Below are positions 1 through 12,636 of a stretch of DNA of 64,000 bases, piece by piece. A model generated the notes under the pieces. It searched no databases. It saw only the letters and a list, made by a program, of their open reading frames with translations, and was not told the origin of the DNA. Numbering within the stretch: position 1 is the stretch's first letter; every line of letters starts with the position of its first letter. This DNA is from Lophium mytilinum. Lineage: Eukaryota. Both the position numbers and the translations under genes were made by a program. The DNA lies in contig MU004198.1 in assembly GCA_010093605.1 (NCBI GenBank), positions 684,726-748,725 on the forward strand, in the 5' to 3' direction.

Positions 1-1401
1 GCCATTTCGACGATCCGTGTCCTGAACCTTTCAGTGAACGTTCTCAGCCCAACCTGCTTGTCTTTATCTTTGAACAGCTTCTGCAAGCTTTTGATGACCG
101 TTGCGCGCGATGGTGCGTGTGTATCCGAAAGCACCCAGCCAAGGTAACGAAGGTGATGGCCGTCGAAGAAGACTTCCGGATACGTGGTGATCCATTCACT
201 TAGCGCTTCGATGCAGTCCACTCGTATCTTGGGATCCACGTCTCGATATCGGTGGATGAATACTGCATCGAACCAATCCCTAAGCCAATGATCGACCGTT
301 TCCTTTCTTTGGCCCATCTCCTGGGCCCTTGCTTCTAGCCCTTGAACTCTTCCCTTGTTGACTTTTGCTTTCTTTGCTTCCGATTCGCTCTGTCGGCGCG
401 CCTTGGCTTCGCTTTCAACCGTTTCTTTCCCCACATGACACAGCGCAGTAATGATGGCCAACGATGAAACCGTTGCAGTATGTCTGAATGGGCGATTGCT
501 GGCGGATGACATTGTACTGATCCACACTTCGAAATTCTCGATAAGTACAATATTGTCGAACAGTAAGCCGGTCTGGGCAATGGATTCGATGAGAGAGCGG
601 AAGAAGCCTGAAAGGTTAGCCTTGAAGGCTGCTGTGCCTTTGCCCTTTGCCACCAGAGGATATTCCGTGATATCATTCTAGACCCAATTAGTAACATTCC
701 AGGCACCACAGTTCCCTCACTCACTGCTTGGTATTCCTCTTGTATGTCCGTCAACTTTGTCGCGCAGCTATCAGGGTCTTCTATGTCGTGGAAGTCGACC
801 TTTGAATTACATCCAGCGCATTTTAGGACAAGATTGACGATTTCGGCGACCGCTAAGGACTCGTTTTCGTTGAAACTGCTGATCCATCGGGCCGCGACGT
901 CGTTTAGGTCATCTCCGCTCGTGAATACCTCAGCTATGGAAAGGTGTTAGTCATGCGCGTCAGAGCAGACAAAAATTGGCATCTACCATAGAGTCCCTCG
1001 GCCTCGCCAGGATCCACCATCTTCACTGTCCTGGCCTTCCGAGGCTTCTTCTGCTTCGGGGCAGCAGGCCGGATAGCCAAACTGACTTCGCCATTCGTCT
1101 TGCTCTTCTTGGGCGCGGGCTTGCGCGGGGCGATCGCCTTCTTCTTTTTCGCCCGCTTCTTCTCTCGGAGCTCCTCCTCGTCCGGCTCCCCCTCGCTCTC
1201 CTCGTCGCTCACCTCGTCGGACGCGTCGTCCATGTCTTCATCATCGTCTCCGTCGCGCTTGCGCTTCACGCTGCCGGAGGGGCTCGAGGCAGCGGCGAGG
1301 AGCTCGGGCTTCTTCACGACGCGTCCAGACTTGCGCCGGGTGGCGGTGGAGGGCTCCGCTTCCGGCGAGGATAACTCCATGCTGGAGTTGCGGGCGGGCA
1401 T
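1..1401 (-). CDS. SCC3: Cohesin subunit Scc3/STAG (Irr1/Psc3), 5' part; gene runs off the window start
   Basis: Exons 1401-987, 933-725 and 677-<1 (GT-AG introns 986-934 and 724-678). The spliced product contains WISTMSSASNRPFRHTAT and VFIHRYRDVDPKIRVDCIEAL...HLRYLGWVLSD, the STAG/SCD motifs of Scc3. Confidence 0.93.
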
Positions 1402-3040
1402 TTATTGTCGTCGGAATGGGGGGAGCAGATATTCGCGGTGGCGCAGAGTGGTGTCGTGTTGTTGTGCGGAACCTGGAAGACGCGCTGGCGCTTGGGCTCC
1501 AGTTCGCTCAGGGATTGCTAGCAGTGGCTTGGCGAGGGGCTCAACCTCGACCGCTGCCTGGGATGAATGCGCGTCAATGAGCGAGCAGACAATACGGCGC
1601 TTCTTAATGTGTGATACGGGTGAATTTGTGTTGATATGGCGGTTGACGGCGCACGATAGGACGACAAAGTTGATCTCAGGAGTCGGCTCCGGTTGCCCGT
1701 CTAGATGCTTTGCCCCTCCATCCACCTTCATTACCACCTCTTCACAAGATATCGAGAGCCTTCGGTGCACGAATAGATTATTCATTTGTTCTACAGTACT
1801 AGGAGTCAAGTCTGGGTAAGCCATCTTTTCTTCCTCACCGAGTTCTATGATAAGGTGCTAGGGCACTACAAAACAGGGCAAGTATCCTCATGATCAGCGT
1901 GTGGAAATCCTCCAATTCAAGCAAGCGGGGGATTGACGTGGTGTTATCATTTTTAAACCTGTTTAAAACTACACTGCATGGAGTTGATTAAGCTCACGTT
2001 CAAGAACATTTCAGTATGTCTTTTTTCTTTAATCTGTCGAAAATACCGCCTATTGTCAGAAAGAAGGTTTTAGTACGGGATTCTTTCATCTGCTTAGCAT
2101 ATTTCTGAGCTCAGGCAGTTATCTTATCCCACACAGTTAGCCAGTTCCGTCCTCACAGTCTACGAAATTCTCAAAAACCCCGTCCAAAGCTCAGAGTCGT
2201 TGTTCAACTTGTTCAAGCGCCATTTCAAATTCATAATCAACTTCACGCAACATCTTGGGAATACCGCATGTTGTACAGCGATTTACCGTTGCCTGAGTTA
2301 CCTCAACATAGTTTTGCAAGTCTAATACAAGCCTTAAGTCTTGACCCCATCTACCTCGTTCGGTCACATCAAGCGGTGTCGTTCACAGTTGCAAAATTCA
2401 CTTGGGGGCGCTGGAAAGATGCCTAAGACAACATTTATTTAAGTATTACACACCTAAGAAGATTCGATCTCATCTCAACACGTTATTAAACTATAGAGCA
2501 ACTCATCTAAGAGCTTTCATTACAAAATAGGCGATCGCGTTGTCAGTGCCTAGTTGTAACTCTAAAATTGTTCTCGGGGGTTTCAAAATCTTAGCCGCAT
2601 TCCAAGAGTTTTATAGAGCTCACCTAGCTACGCCCCGACTCGAATCATTTTAACACTTGTTCAGAAAAGTTACTATCAACCTTACAATGCTACAGTCTAT
2701 GGTGCCGCGCCAATATATACCATTTCTCAGATTATTGAGCTATGATATTGTTCGGCGTCTTGAAAGTATGTTGAAACATATATGCAGGTAGTGTAGAGTT
2801 TTACTCGGATAAATATCAATGGACTACTTGGGTACCCCAAAGCTTAACCGCTATGTAGGTGGTATAACTCACAGCGGGTCTCACGGCTTCATGACACTGT
2901 CGGAGTTGCTCCAACTAGATGAATATAGTAGAAAGCTCTTCGAACGGATCATGACTACTATCTGTTTGCATATCAAACCGCTCATTACACAGCTACTCAA
3001 AGTCCTCCAAACGCCCGGAATGTTTTCATGAGATGCCATC

Positions 3041-3964
3041 TCACTCCCCCAGCTCCAACCAATCCCAAGCCCTATCCTCCTTACTCCTAGGAACCAGCGG
3101 CGTGCCTGTCTGCAGCAACTGCGGCAGCAGTTTGAAAAGCTCCTCGCCAGGCTTATACTCAATAAACTTATACATATATACGTGTTGACACCGCTCCGCC
3201 GGGAAACTCTCCTTCGCCAGATCAGTCCCCGGGTTCTCTCCAACCCCAAGATCCAGATACCTAAACGTCGGCGCAAAGTCAAGACGATTCAAGAACGCGC
3301 AAAGATGCGCAAACGCAGAATGCTTGTACGAAAGCCTCGATTGCGCATCCGTCTCGCACGTCGCGATCTTAGTGATGAACCGATGCGGAAGATACTGCGA
3401 TGCGAGCGCATGCTCCGTGATCCGTGGTGGCATGATCCGCTTGGCGCTATCCCAGACGTATTTCTCCCAAGTGACGGTCTCGTGCGTGTTGCCGCTGTAG
3501 CCGGTGTCGAAGCACAGCGACCAGCGCCTAATCAGCTTGCTGTACTCTGGGTCTAAACTCGAGAAGAGGCGGAGATGCTGGACTGGCTTGACATGGGCCT
3601 GCGTTTGAGGCCGAGGTTGTGGGAGAAATCCAATGGCGAGGCGGCTGTCTGCGCCCTTGACGAAGAGGGTGAAGCTGTTTCTTTTCCAGAAGAGCGGCAT
3701 CGCTTCGTCGTAGACTTGATGGTTCACGCGGAGGAGGGCTAAGTTCCCGGACTCCCATAGTGGGAGTTTGAAGGAGCGTGTTCCTTCGAACGCGTTGGAG
3801 TCGACGCCCTCATCTTCGTAGAGTTCGCGGGGAAAGCTGCGGGGAAGGCTGAGATACCAGATTTCTTCTCGAAGCTCGGATGGAAGCTGTAAGAGGCGGC
3901 ACTCCAAGTCGCTAGTCTCCGGTGATGTTGAGAGCTTCGATAGAAGCTTGCTTATTGAATTCAT
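3041..3964 (-). CDS. Hypothetical protein with N-terminal F-box-like motif
   Basis: Intronless 307-aa ORF. LLQLPSELREEIWYLSL and LALLRVNHQVYDEA resemble the motifs of fungal F-box-like/2EXR-type hypothetical proteins. Confidence 0.65.
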   Translation of the reverse strand: MNSISKLLSKLSTSPETSDLECRLLQLPSELREEIWYLSLPRSFPRELYEDEGVDSNAFEGTRSFKLPLWESGNLALLRVNHQVYDEAMPLFWKRNSFTLFVKGADSRLAIGFLPQPRPQTQAHVKPVQHLRLFSSLDPEYSKLIRRWSLCFDTGYSGNTHETVTWEKYVWDSAKRIMPPRITEHALASQYLPHRFITKIATCETDAQSRLSYKHSAFAHLCAFLNRLDFAPTFRYLDLGVGENPGTDLAKESFPAERCQHVYMYKFIEYKPGEELFKLLPQLLQTGTPLVPRSKEDRAWDWLELGE

Positions 3965-4126
3965 TTATATGGTGTAACCTGTGGATGAACCTTTGATGTC
4001 ACGGCGGCTGGGAATTGTGGGGTGAGCTGGCCTGGAATAAAACAGACGCTAGCGTAAATTACAGTGGTATTCTAAGCTAGATATTTTATTTCAAGGTCTC
4101 ATCTTCAGCTCCTTTCCATTCGTCTC

Positions 4127-5255
4127 TCAGAAGAAACCGATCACGTTTCTCGGGATGTACAACTTGTCAATACTCTCAATCTCCTCCTTCGAGAGCTCAA
4201 AGTTTACAGCTTCCACAGCCTCCTTGATCCTCTCAACCTTGCTCATGCCCAAAATCGGAGCCGTCATGTAAGGCTTGCTCAAACTCCAAGCGATAGCCAC
4301 AATCGCCATGCTCGTTCCCCTCTTCTTCGCAATCTCCTAGATCTGCTCGTTGATCTTCTTATCTGTCTCGGTGATCGGGTTACCCAAAAATGCTCCAGCC
4401 ATCGAACCGCCTCTTTCTGTGTCGCCGAACTGGTCGTGTGGTCGCACGAGGAACCCCATGTGCACCGGACTCCACGGAATCATCCCCATACCAAACTTTG
4501 CGAGCGATGGAACCATCTCCCGCTCTTCTTCTCGGTAGACAGCGTTATGTAGGTTCTGTTGAACCAGATAAGACAAAGACTTAGACTATGTGTATCGAGG
4601 AGTATCTCGGAAGAAACTGTGCACTTACCTGCATCGAGATGAACTCGGTCCAGCCGTGAAGGCGGGCCGTGTACTGCATCTCAAGCAGCTGGTGGGCGTA
4701 CATAGTGCTAGCACCAATGTATCTGACCTTCCCGCTCTTCACCACATCGTGCAGAGCCTCCATAGTCTCTTTGATTGGCGTGCGAGGATCGAAGCGATGG
4801 ATTTGGAGCAGATCGATGTAGTCAAGGTCCAAGCGCTTCAAACTCGCGTCCACGCTGTCGAGGATGTGCTTGCGAGATAGCCCGAAGGCATTGATGTAGC
4901 CATTCCGCTCTCTCTCATCGGGAGAAACTGTCAATGGGTCCTCGTACACATCGCCCTTGCGCAATCCGACAGGCGCCCATACTTTTGTCGCGATGACGAT
5001 ATTGTGGCGGGGCCAATTGCCTTTCTTGATGGCCTTTCCGAGGATCTCTTCAGAAACGCCGTTCGAGTAGCCGTTTGCGGTGTCGAAAAAGTTCAGACCA
5101 GACTCGTAGCAGGTTTGTAAGAGGGGAATGGCTTCGGCTTCTTCGATACACCACTTGTATCGTCCCCGGCGGTCTCCATAGGACATGCAGCCAACACAAA
5201 TGCGGGAGACTCGGAGGCCGCTCTGGCCGAGGTTGGTGTATTTCATGGTGGCCAT
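4127..5255 (-). pseudogene. Aldo-keto reductase (aryl-alcohol dehydrogenase-like) interrupted by one in-frame TAG
   Basis: AKR motifs FFDTANGYSNGVSEEILG, LDLDYIDLLQIHRFD and GKVRYIGAS. Intron 4628-4556. Exon 2 reads ...KKINEQI*EIAKKRGTSMAIVAIAWSL... in one frame, with TAG at 4339-4337. Confidence 0.8.
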
Positions 5256-6659
5256 TTTGGATGGGTCGATTGAAGTGATTATTTTTTGACTTGATGGTTC
5301 TGAAGGTCTTTATATTGGTTTACCCTTGTACTGACGTAGAATAGTTCGGAGGAGCGGAGTTAAGGATGGTAAACTACGGCAGTTTGGCAATGGTGCTAAG
5401 GACACTATCTCCATCTCTGTCTTCACTTCCGCGGCACCTCCACCATATGCTTCCAGTCTTCACACTCCAGATTAACAATCGAAGTTCAGGTCAGGTTACA
5501 TTCTGCAGTTTGCCTCCACTCCGCATTGCCGTATCAATCTCTAGATTGTCAGCTTACGAGGCTCTACCAGACCGATGCGTCATTGCTTTTCAAACGTCGC
5601 GTTTCCTGTCCACAATTTTCTACACCCATTGCATGAGCATTTTCTACTTTGCGACCATGATGGAAGATCATAGTGAATGAGTCGTCAGATTGAGCTTTGA
5701 GCTCGGAAATTGACCAGTCTCCCCGTGTAAGAAGCACGACTAAGGCAGACAGGCCCTTGAAACGTCGGGATAGGTTGAACGGATTAGTAGCTATCCCGAC
5801 CGACGGAGGCTTGGACTGATTGATTAAATTTTAGAGATGTTGACATTGGTGTTTCAATAAATCGGCAATCCATCGGATGAGAACTAAACGGCTGATAGAC
5901 CGCGCTGATGATTGTCTCGAGGACGCCCAAAGAGAAGGATCGCGGCTACCAATCCAGGCTACTTGCATTCACAAGCTCTTCAGGCTCTCCGTTCATATAG
6001 CTTGCTTACAGAACTGGCTCTTGCGGCTGACTGGACGATCGGACTTAATGATCAATGGCTAGAACGTATTTGCATAATCTGAAGCTTCCCCTAAACACTT
6101 CTTTCCTCTATGAGCTGTACCCTACCGTTACTTCTTTAATGAATTCAACAATTGCGGCCGACTCGATCTATTTCTTACCATTGGATAATGTTTTATGTCG
6201 TATCAAGGAGTCTTCAGGAGGCAATCCTGCCTCTGAGTCATCCCTTATCGACATTCATAGTCCCTCGCTTTCGCTCGCCCTCGCTAGCGGCTCAGTCTTG
6301 GATCCCAGCCAGAGAAGCTACACGTGGTTGGTTGAGCATTGTGAGTGGGAACCGTATAGAGGCATCTTGAGATATTTCAAGCTGGAACTCTAGGGAGACT
6401 CGAAGTACAGAACGATTCAGTGCAGGAAGCTGGCTGATATGTTAACGCTCAGGGCACTGTCTTTGCTGGCCTATCGGATCATTGGGCCAGATTCTTCGAA
6501 TGTGTACCTGGCCGATGGCCCGATGGGAGTGAGGTTGAGACGCCAATTACCTGATGAGGACTCAATCGCGGTATCACTCTATTTGTCACGTTGCAAACTC
6601 GTCATTCTACGGTTCCTGAGATTTTGCTACGTTTCTAGAGCACTGTATTTGGGCTCACG

Positions 6660-7210
6660 TTTACTATAGGCATTTATTTAACCAACACTATTGACTTAAT
6701 GATCAAACAAACTAGTATTTAGTATCCTACAAAGAAGGAGTTTCTTACGATTGTAATGTAGGACACAGGAAGTTTGATATATGAAACTCATGACTATATT
6801 ACACCAGAAATAGAGGCTACGTATCTTGGTGAAAAGAAGAGGTTGGAAGGAGGTTGGAAGGGGGCTGGAAGGGGGCTGGAAGGGGGCTGGACGGGGGCTG
6901 GGAAGGCGACTATTGCCGATTTAACCAAGTAAATACTAAGCACTAGTCTAGTCTAGACCTCTTCAGTGGATACTAGCCCTCTATTCTATGCATACTAATT
7001 GCTAGCTTTCTTAATTATTTGTTTTGCCCCTCTTATAATCAATACGCGCTAGTCACTAGCTTCCTTCTAGCAAGTATATAAACCCCCTCTTTCCTTCAAC
7101 TCCTTTAGTTCCTTATATTATATAGTAGGTTAAAAATTTAAGAGATAGTATATAGATAGTATCTAATATAGAGTTAAGGAGGATCTAAGATCCGGAGAGC
7201 TATATATAAA
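6660..7210. other. AT-rich, TpA-rich decayed segment (RIP-like remnant)
   Basis: Visibly AT-rich with dense TA/TAG (e.g. cactagtctagtctag, agatagtatatagatagtatctaatatag) and no ORF. RIP origin is inference. Confidence 0.5.
6839..6906 (+). repeat. 11-bp minisatellite, ~6 copies of G(A/G)GG(T/C)TGGAAG
   Basis: gaggttggaag x2, ggggctggaag x2, ggggctggacg and ggggctgggaag, read directly. Confidence 0.9.
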
Positions 7211-7212
7211 GC

Positions 7213-9792
7213 ATGGCTTCACCCAGAACCAAAGACTCAGCTTTACTTCCCGACCAGATATTCTACACCTATAAGCAATACAAGTTCGACACAGAGGGCA
7301 TTGGGGGCTGGATTGCGGACACCTGGAAAGAGTGCACCAACCGGACAGAAAAAGCACCAACAGAAAGATCTCCAAAGCTGAAGGGCAGAGCCCGAAAGCT
7401 TGCCAGAGACAATATCAACCAGAATGGGGCAGGAATAAAGAAAGAAAGATACATCATCAAGGTGTCTGACTTTGTTCCTATGGCACAAACGATAGTAGCG
7501 CATGAGCCAAAAGTCGCTGTGCCGCGGATCCTGAACAGGATGTTGACGAGAACTATCACGAATCGGCAACATTATGCAAACTGGATCACGGCCTCTGGCC
7601 AGCAAGACGAAGACAATTACGACCAACATTCCTATTTCATCGGCATTTTGGAAGATACGCTGCAGGTCCTTCAGCCCTTGTTCGATGCTCCTAGGCCCCC
7701 TCCTACACGCAAGGACAGTGAAGCAGAAAGCACCAAAGATATCGGATTTAAGCCTTCTGCATTCGACTGTTTGACTTTACACGACACCATCGAAGAAAAC
7801 GACGATCCGAAGGGCGAGACAGGTGCCTCAACTGAAGCCTCTCAATCTACGTTACCACAAGCTGCAATTGAACAGGATGAAAAGGGGGTCAAAGAAGATT
7901 TCCTGTTTGCCATTCAAAGCTTCTTGCTGGATCTCCACAAGCTTCGAAATCATCTGGGCAAAACATGGGCTGCTTATCGACAAGGTCAAGTTGATCTCAT
8001 GGCTGCCTCCGTCGTCACAAACTCTGCCATTGGCTTGATTCGACAGTCTGAAGCGAAGCTCGAAAACACCATCAAGCGCCCGGAAGAATACCCCATTTCG
8101 ACTTTCCCTACGTGGAGTTTACCCGCCATTCTATGCTTCGAGCTTGATCCTACAAAACACTTTAAAGCCCGAGAACGTATCAAGGCTATCCTGCCTTCGG
8201 GCAACTATGTTGCATATAAACGCCCGAAGATAGAGGAATTCACGTTCTGGAAGGCGTATCAGGTCCTGAAAATTTACTCCTACCATACTGAGAAAGCCCG
8301 GCGTTTAAGTGGACAATTTGTTTCTTGTCACGACCTCGACAAATGGATCGCGCCCTGCGAATCAGACTCGAACTATACCCGACTGATGAAGTGCCTCCCC
8401 GACATAGTCACGGCTGCTATGGGTCTCCAACCCACGTATACTGAAGATAACTTCACGCGAGGACTTTTTCATCACATCACCAAAGAGCCAGAGATCCCCA
8501 TATGGCTCACTTTCGCCGCTCAACTGTTCCTTGATATACAAGGCTGGCTCGGAGATAAGGTCTGCAATCCCTTCGCTGAACTCCAGAATACTGCTCGCCA
8601 GGCTTTGGAAGCTCATGAACAGCAATGCCTCTATTTCGAATCGCATCCAAAGGAGGACATACGGGTGCTTGAGCACTACCAAGAGATAGCCGCCAACATG
8701 AAAGAGCTCCGCGAACTGCTCATTGAAGATAGAATCGGCAAGTTGCAAACTGAACTTCTAAAGCCAGCATACAAGAAGTTACGCAAGGCCTCACCCCCAA
8801 AGGACGGGCATCAATTCTTCCGCTCTCACCCACTGATATGCGGCCTCCTAAAGGCCGACATCTACAACCAACAACATCGATTCGGAATATGCCTAGCTAC
8901 CGCGGACGGATCCACCATACGTATGGCGCACCTGTACGTCGCAGCCAAGATCCTCCGGCCTGACACCCCAACGTGGCCAGACATGGAGCTCCTCATCCAC
9001 TACCAAACCCCAGAATGGCTGTTCGTCGGCGGCCGGCCCGAAACGCTATCGAAAAGCTACACGAAGTACTTACTAGCAATGGCGACGTCACCTCGCGGCT
9101 TCGCAAAGGACAAACGGCCACATCATAGAAAGCTCAAGGTGGAAAAGATACGCGTGCTATCGAGCCAGAGCCCTGTTGCCGACCTAATACATCTCCACAA
9201 CTACGAACGCCAAGACAAGAGTACCAAAGATGTCGACACCAGCGGCGCCAATTTGAGGAAGATGCTGCTAGATGCTACTTTCCAGAAACGTCTCAAGCGT
9301 CAGATGGGATCAAGGGAAAAATCGATACCGGAGTCAATGTGGCAATCAGAGCCAAACAACCACTCGATGCCCGAGATATGCGACCTCTTGCATGTGGCTA
9401 TGAAAGCGGAAATGCCCGATCTTTGCTTCGACTGGTTCTCGATGCACCGCACTTGCCACGGAGCTATGCATGAGATTCGGGGTATGTGTGACTCTGACCC
9501 CAGGACTCTGAACCCGCAGAGAGATTGCGCAATGGCGATTCTGCAAGAAGCGGAATGGGCAGAGAGATCCACGGCAGCTGAAAAGTCCAAGCTGGCCGGC
9601 GCGCCAACGACAGAGATGATGGCACCTTTGCTGAGCGCTGTTGCGCACTTTATACGAGATATCTGTGAGCGTGGAGACGGTGATGTAGAGATTCGGAAGC
9701 TGTGGAATATTGGCCGCAGTGGAATAGGAGGACGGACGGATTATGGTAACTTTCTGTTTAACGGGGAGAGACTAGCGGAGCTAGTTCGTTAG
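7213..9792 (+). CDS. DUF6604-like fungal protein, 859 aa, intronless
   Basis: Long open frame. N-terminal YKQYKFDTEGIGGWI, KLKGRARKLAR and HSYFIGILEDTLQVL match my recollection of the DUF6604 pattern. Confidence 0.75.
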   Translation: MASPRTKDSALLPDQIFYTYKQYKFDTEGIGGWIADTWKECTNRTEKAPTERSPKLKGRARKLARDNINQNGAGIKKERYIIKVSDFVPMAQTIVAHEPKVAVPRILNRMLTRTITNRQHYANWITASGQQDEDNYDQHSYFIGILEDTLQVLQPLFDAPRPPPTRKDSEAESTKDIGFKPSAFDCLTLHDTIEENDDPKGETGASTEASQSTLPQAAIEQDEKGVKEDFLFAIQSFLLDLHKLRNHLGKTWAAYRQGQVDLMAASVVTNSAIGLIRQSEAKLENTIKRPEEYPISTFPTWSLPAILCFELDPTKHFKARERIKAILPSGNYVAYKRPKIEEFTFWKAYQVLKIYSYHTEKARRLSGQFVSCHDLDKWIAPCESDSNYTRLMKCLPDIVTAAMGLQPTYTEDNFTRGLFHHITKEPEIPIWLTFAAQLFLDIQGWLGDKVCNPFAELQNTARQALEAHEQQCLYFESHPKEDIRVLEHYQEIAANMKELRELLIEDRIGKLQTELLKPAYKKLRKASPPKDGHQFFRSHPLICGLLKADIYNQQHRFGICLATADGSTIRMAHLYVAAKILRPDTPTWPDMELLIHYQTPEWLFVGGRPETLSKSYTKYLLAMATSPRGFAKDKRPHHRKLKVEKIRVLSSQSPVADLIHLHNYERQDKSTKDVDTSGANLRKMLLDATFQKRLKRQMGSREKSIPESMWQSEPNNHSMPEICDLLHVAMKAEMPDLCFDWFSMHRTCHGAMHEIRGMCDSDPRTLNPQRDCAMAILQEAEWAERSTAAEKSKLAGAPTTEMMAPLLSAVAHFIRDICERGDGDVEIRKLWNIGRSGIGGRTDYGNFLFNGERLAELVR

Positions 9793-11579
9793 GATACGTC
9801 TTTATCGATTGAACTTCCCCTTTAGACTGCGCCTGGCATATCTTGCTTACAATTCACTGGGTCAGCCTGTCTCACAGTCAAGAATCACGTGTAAACCACA
9901 ATCTCACATGACGCCAAGGCGCGCTCCCCAATCTCATTTCTCCCTCGAGTACTTAAGAAGCCTCGTACTCCCTTCAAGTTCTTTCTCCACAACCTTCTTC
10001 CTATCTTTCATTCCCGCCTTAATATGTCTAGTCAACTAATGTTCCCAAGTGTGTATTGTCCCCGGAGTACGTTGCCATACAGGATGTGTTCGAAGTCTCA
10101 GTTGTCTCCAAGTTATTAGTGTCCATTCGGAGTTTAGTGTTCCACTCAGTTGTATTCGTATCCAGGAGCAGTTCAAGGTGTAGTTAAGTCTGGTGGGTAT
10201 GCAGAATGCTAGGCCCACGGACGGATGGGGCGCCCGTCGCCTGCGCAAGAGGGGGCATCGATCTTCTGGCTTTATGCTGGGGATTGAAGTCTCTTTGGAG
10301 TCTGACTCCCGGTTTGATTCTGTCGGACTTTGTCTATTGATTTGTTGTATCATCACCGACTTCTTGATCTTCTCTCTTTTTTTGTTGATGTTATCTGATG
10401 ATAGTCATCCTCGTTTGCAAAGGTGAATATCATCTACACAAGCCGCGGCTATCTCCTATCGATTTCGAGGTTTGTATCATCATTATTCTCTTGATATGTT
10501 GGTCGAAGAGTGAGACATCGTTATCAGACCGCGGAACAATCGAGAACCCTTCTTATATCATCTAGCTGTACAGTGAAAGGCCACGGCTCTGTGCACACCC
10601 GTTTGGCACTGCTTGGGGTAATTCCACGAGTTACCAAGTCTAGGCGCAATGTCAAATCTTAAGCACTGCAAATGAGAGTGTTCCTTGACTCACTAGCTAC
10701 CGAACAGCCGTGCTACACCTCTGAGTGGTGCCCAGTGAGCAAGATCTGGCATTGAGTTATTCCAGATTTCACTTGACGCTCATTATCCTCCTCCTCCACA
10801 TAGATTTACCTGCGCGAGATGATGATAACACCGAGGTTTATTTACATAAGATTCTGACAGCTACGGCAAAGGAACAATGATACTTGACCAAATCTTAGAA
10901 TGGCGAATATCATCACCAACTTTTCGAGAGGTATCACCCACCTCCTCTCCACTCCATTGTCGGGATGGCAAGTCAATTTTGAACACCCCACCCCTCTCCG
11001 CACCATAAACTTCTCACAAGGCCCAATTGAAGACCGTCCCCAGGACCATATGCTTCATGTTGCTCCAACACTCCGCACCATCGGAGTGAGTCGCTGGCCA
11101 TTTTGATCCCTCCAAACACCCCTCCCCTCCTCTCTGGAGAGAAAAGAAACTCCAGCGAGCCCGTGAGGAGAAGTTTTTATACCCTTCCCGCACGTGCCCC
11201 AGCCTTGACTCACGTGCTCTATCTCGTGCTATCTCTGCCATGGCGAACGCTAAGAAGTAAAGGAAGTCTCACACACGCTAGTTTGAGTTAGGGAGTAAAT
11301 AGCGTTTTGGAAGGTAAGGTGCGACGACTATCTAGTTATTGATGTCTGGAGCCATTAAAGTGTTCGCCGCATTGTTTTGGCTTGGTATTGCCGCACACTG
11401 GGACGGCTTCTAACAGCAAAGTCTAAGTCGTGATTTCTTGTAAGCCGGTTAGGAATGTACATATGCGGGAGAGTAGTACCTAGAAGTAGTAAAGTAACAG
11501 TTGTCCACTCCTAGGATTCCCCCACAAAGTTCAGAACATCTTAGCGCGATGTCAGATCCCAGCCACTGTAGATCAGAAG

Positions 11580-12170
11580 AAGTTTTTCCTTACTACCTTC
11601 TAGGTAGCTGGGCCGCTCCTCTCAGCGGCGTTAAATAAACAAAATAGACGCCGAGCAGTGCTAACTCCAGGCCGTACAAATTGAACTACTCTTTTCCTCA
11701 CAGCCTTCTGCCTTGCTAAGCTACTCCATCCATTGGCGTCCAAAGAGCAAAATAGACGTCAAATAGTAGTAATTCCGTAGGTAAAGTTCTGCGCACCCCG
11801 ATTCTTACCCCCCAGCGTACTCCTATGCGGTTTGCAATATCTAGGCATAATATTAAGTTCTAGACAGTGTAAAGGAGACTACCTTTTTCCTTACAACCTA
11901 TAAACCAGCTAGGCTACTCCCATTAGCGGTATCAAGTGCACAAAATAGACACCTAGCAGTACTAATTCCGTATAACTAGTTTTATGCACCTCTAATTCCT
12001 AGCCCCCAGCATACCCCCAAGCAGTTTGCAATATCTAGGTATAATATTAAGACCTACAGCATATATATTAGACTAATCATTTCCTCACTACCTACTAAGT
12101 AACTAAGCTACTCCTGCCAGCGTTCTGAAGTGCGCAAGTAGACGCTAAACAGCCCTAAGTTAGATGTATA
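11580..12170. repeat. Degenerate tandem array, ~193-bp unit (4 anchors; first unit shorter, ~109 bp)
   Basis: Anchor ttcct(t/c)ac at ~11587, 11694, 11887 and 12081, each followed by gct(a/g)(a/g)gc..ctcc and (aaa)tagac. The block tttgcaatatctagg(c/t)ataatattaag recurs at ~11831 and ~12025. Confidence 0.8.
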
Positions 12171-12636
12171 GCCTAGTACTATACCTCGCCGCTAAGAGCG
12201 CTGTTTAACGCGTGTTAGTTGCTTATGTTAGTATTACCTATAAACGCGTAAATGGGATTAATCTACTAATAGTACTATTCAAGATATAAGTAGGGGGCTT
12301 GTGTATTAATAGTACTATCTCAAATATAAGGTCCTAAAGCGGGACGGATATGTTAAGAAATATATAACAATAATCATGTCAAGTGTGAACAGTTTCAGCA
12401 GAAGCACAGAAGTCACGTCAATAAATATAAGAAGTAAGAGAATCGTGAATTAAAAGGCCGTTTCGTGCCGAAAAGGTCAAAGGAAGCCCCCTCCCCGTAC
12501 CCACTCCCCCGAGCCTCCACCCACCCGCCCGCCATGTTTAGGAAGAATAACCTTCCGTTGCAAGAAGTTAACTAGAAGATACACGTAAATGTTAAAAGAT
12601 TCCCCAACAAAGTTCCCGCATCACCAACCCACCCTT

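Noticed and set aside
976..1824. Long overlapping or antisense ORFs here and opposite other genes (e.g. 15244-16137, 49922-50719, 56651-57232)
   Set aside because: Shadow frames of GC3-biased genes or low-complexity sequence, with no recognisable domains.
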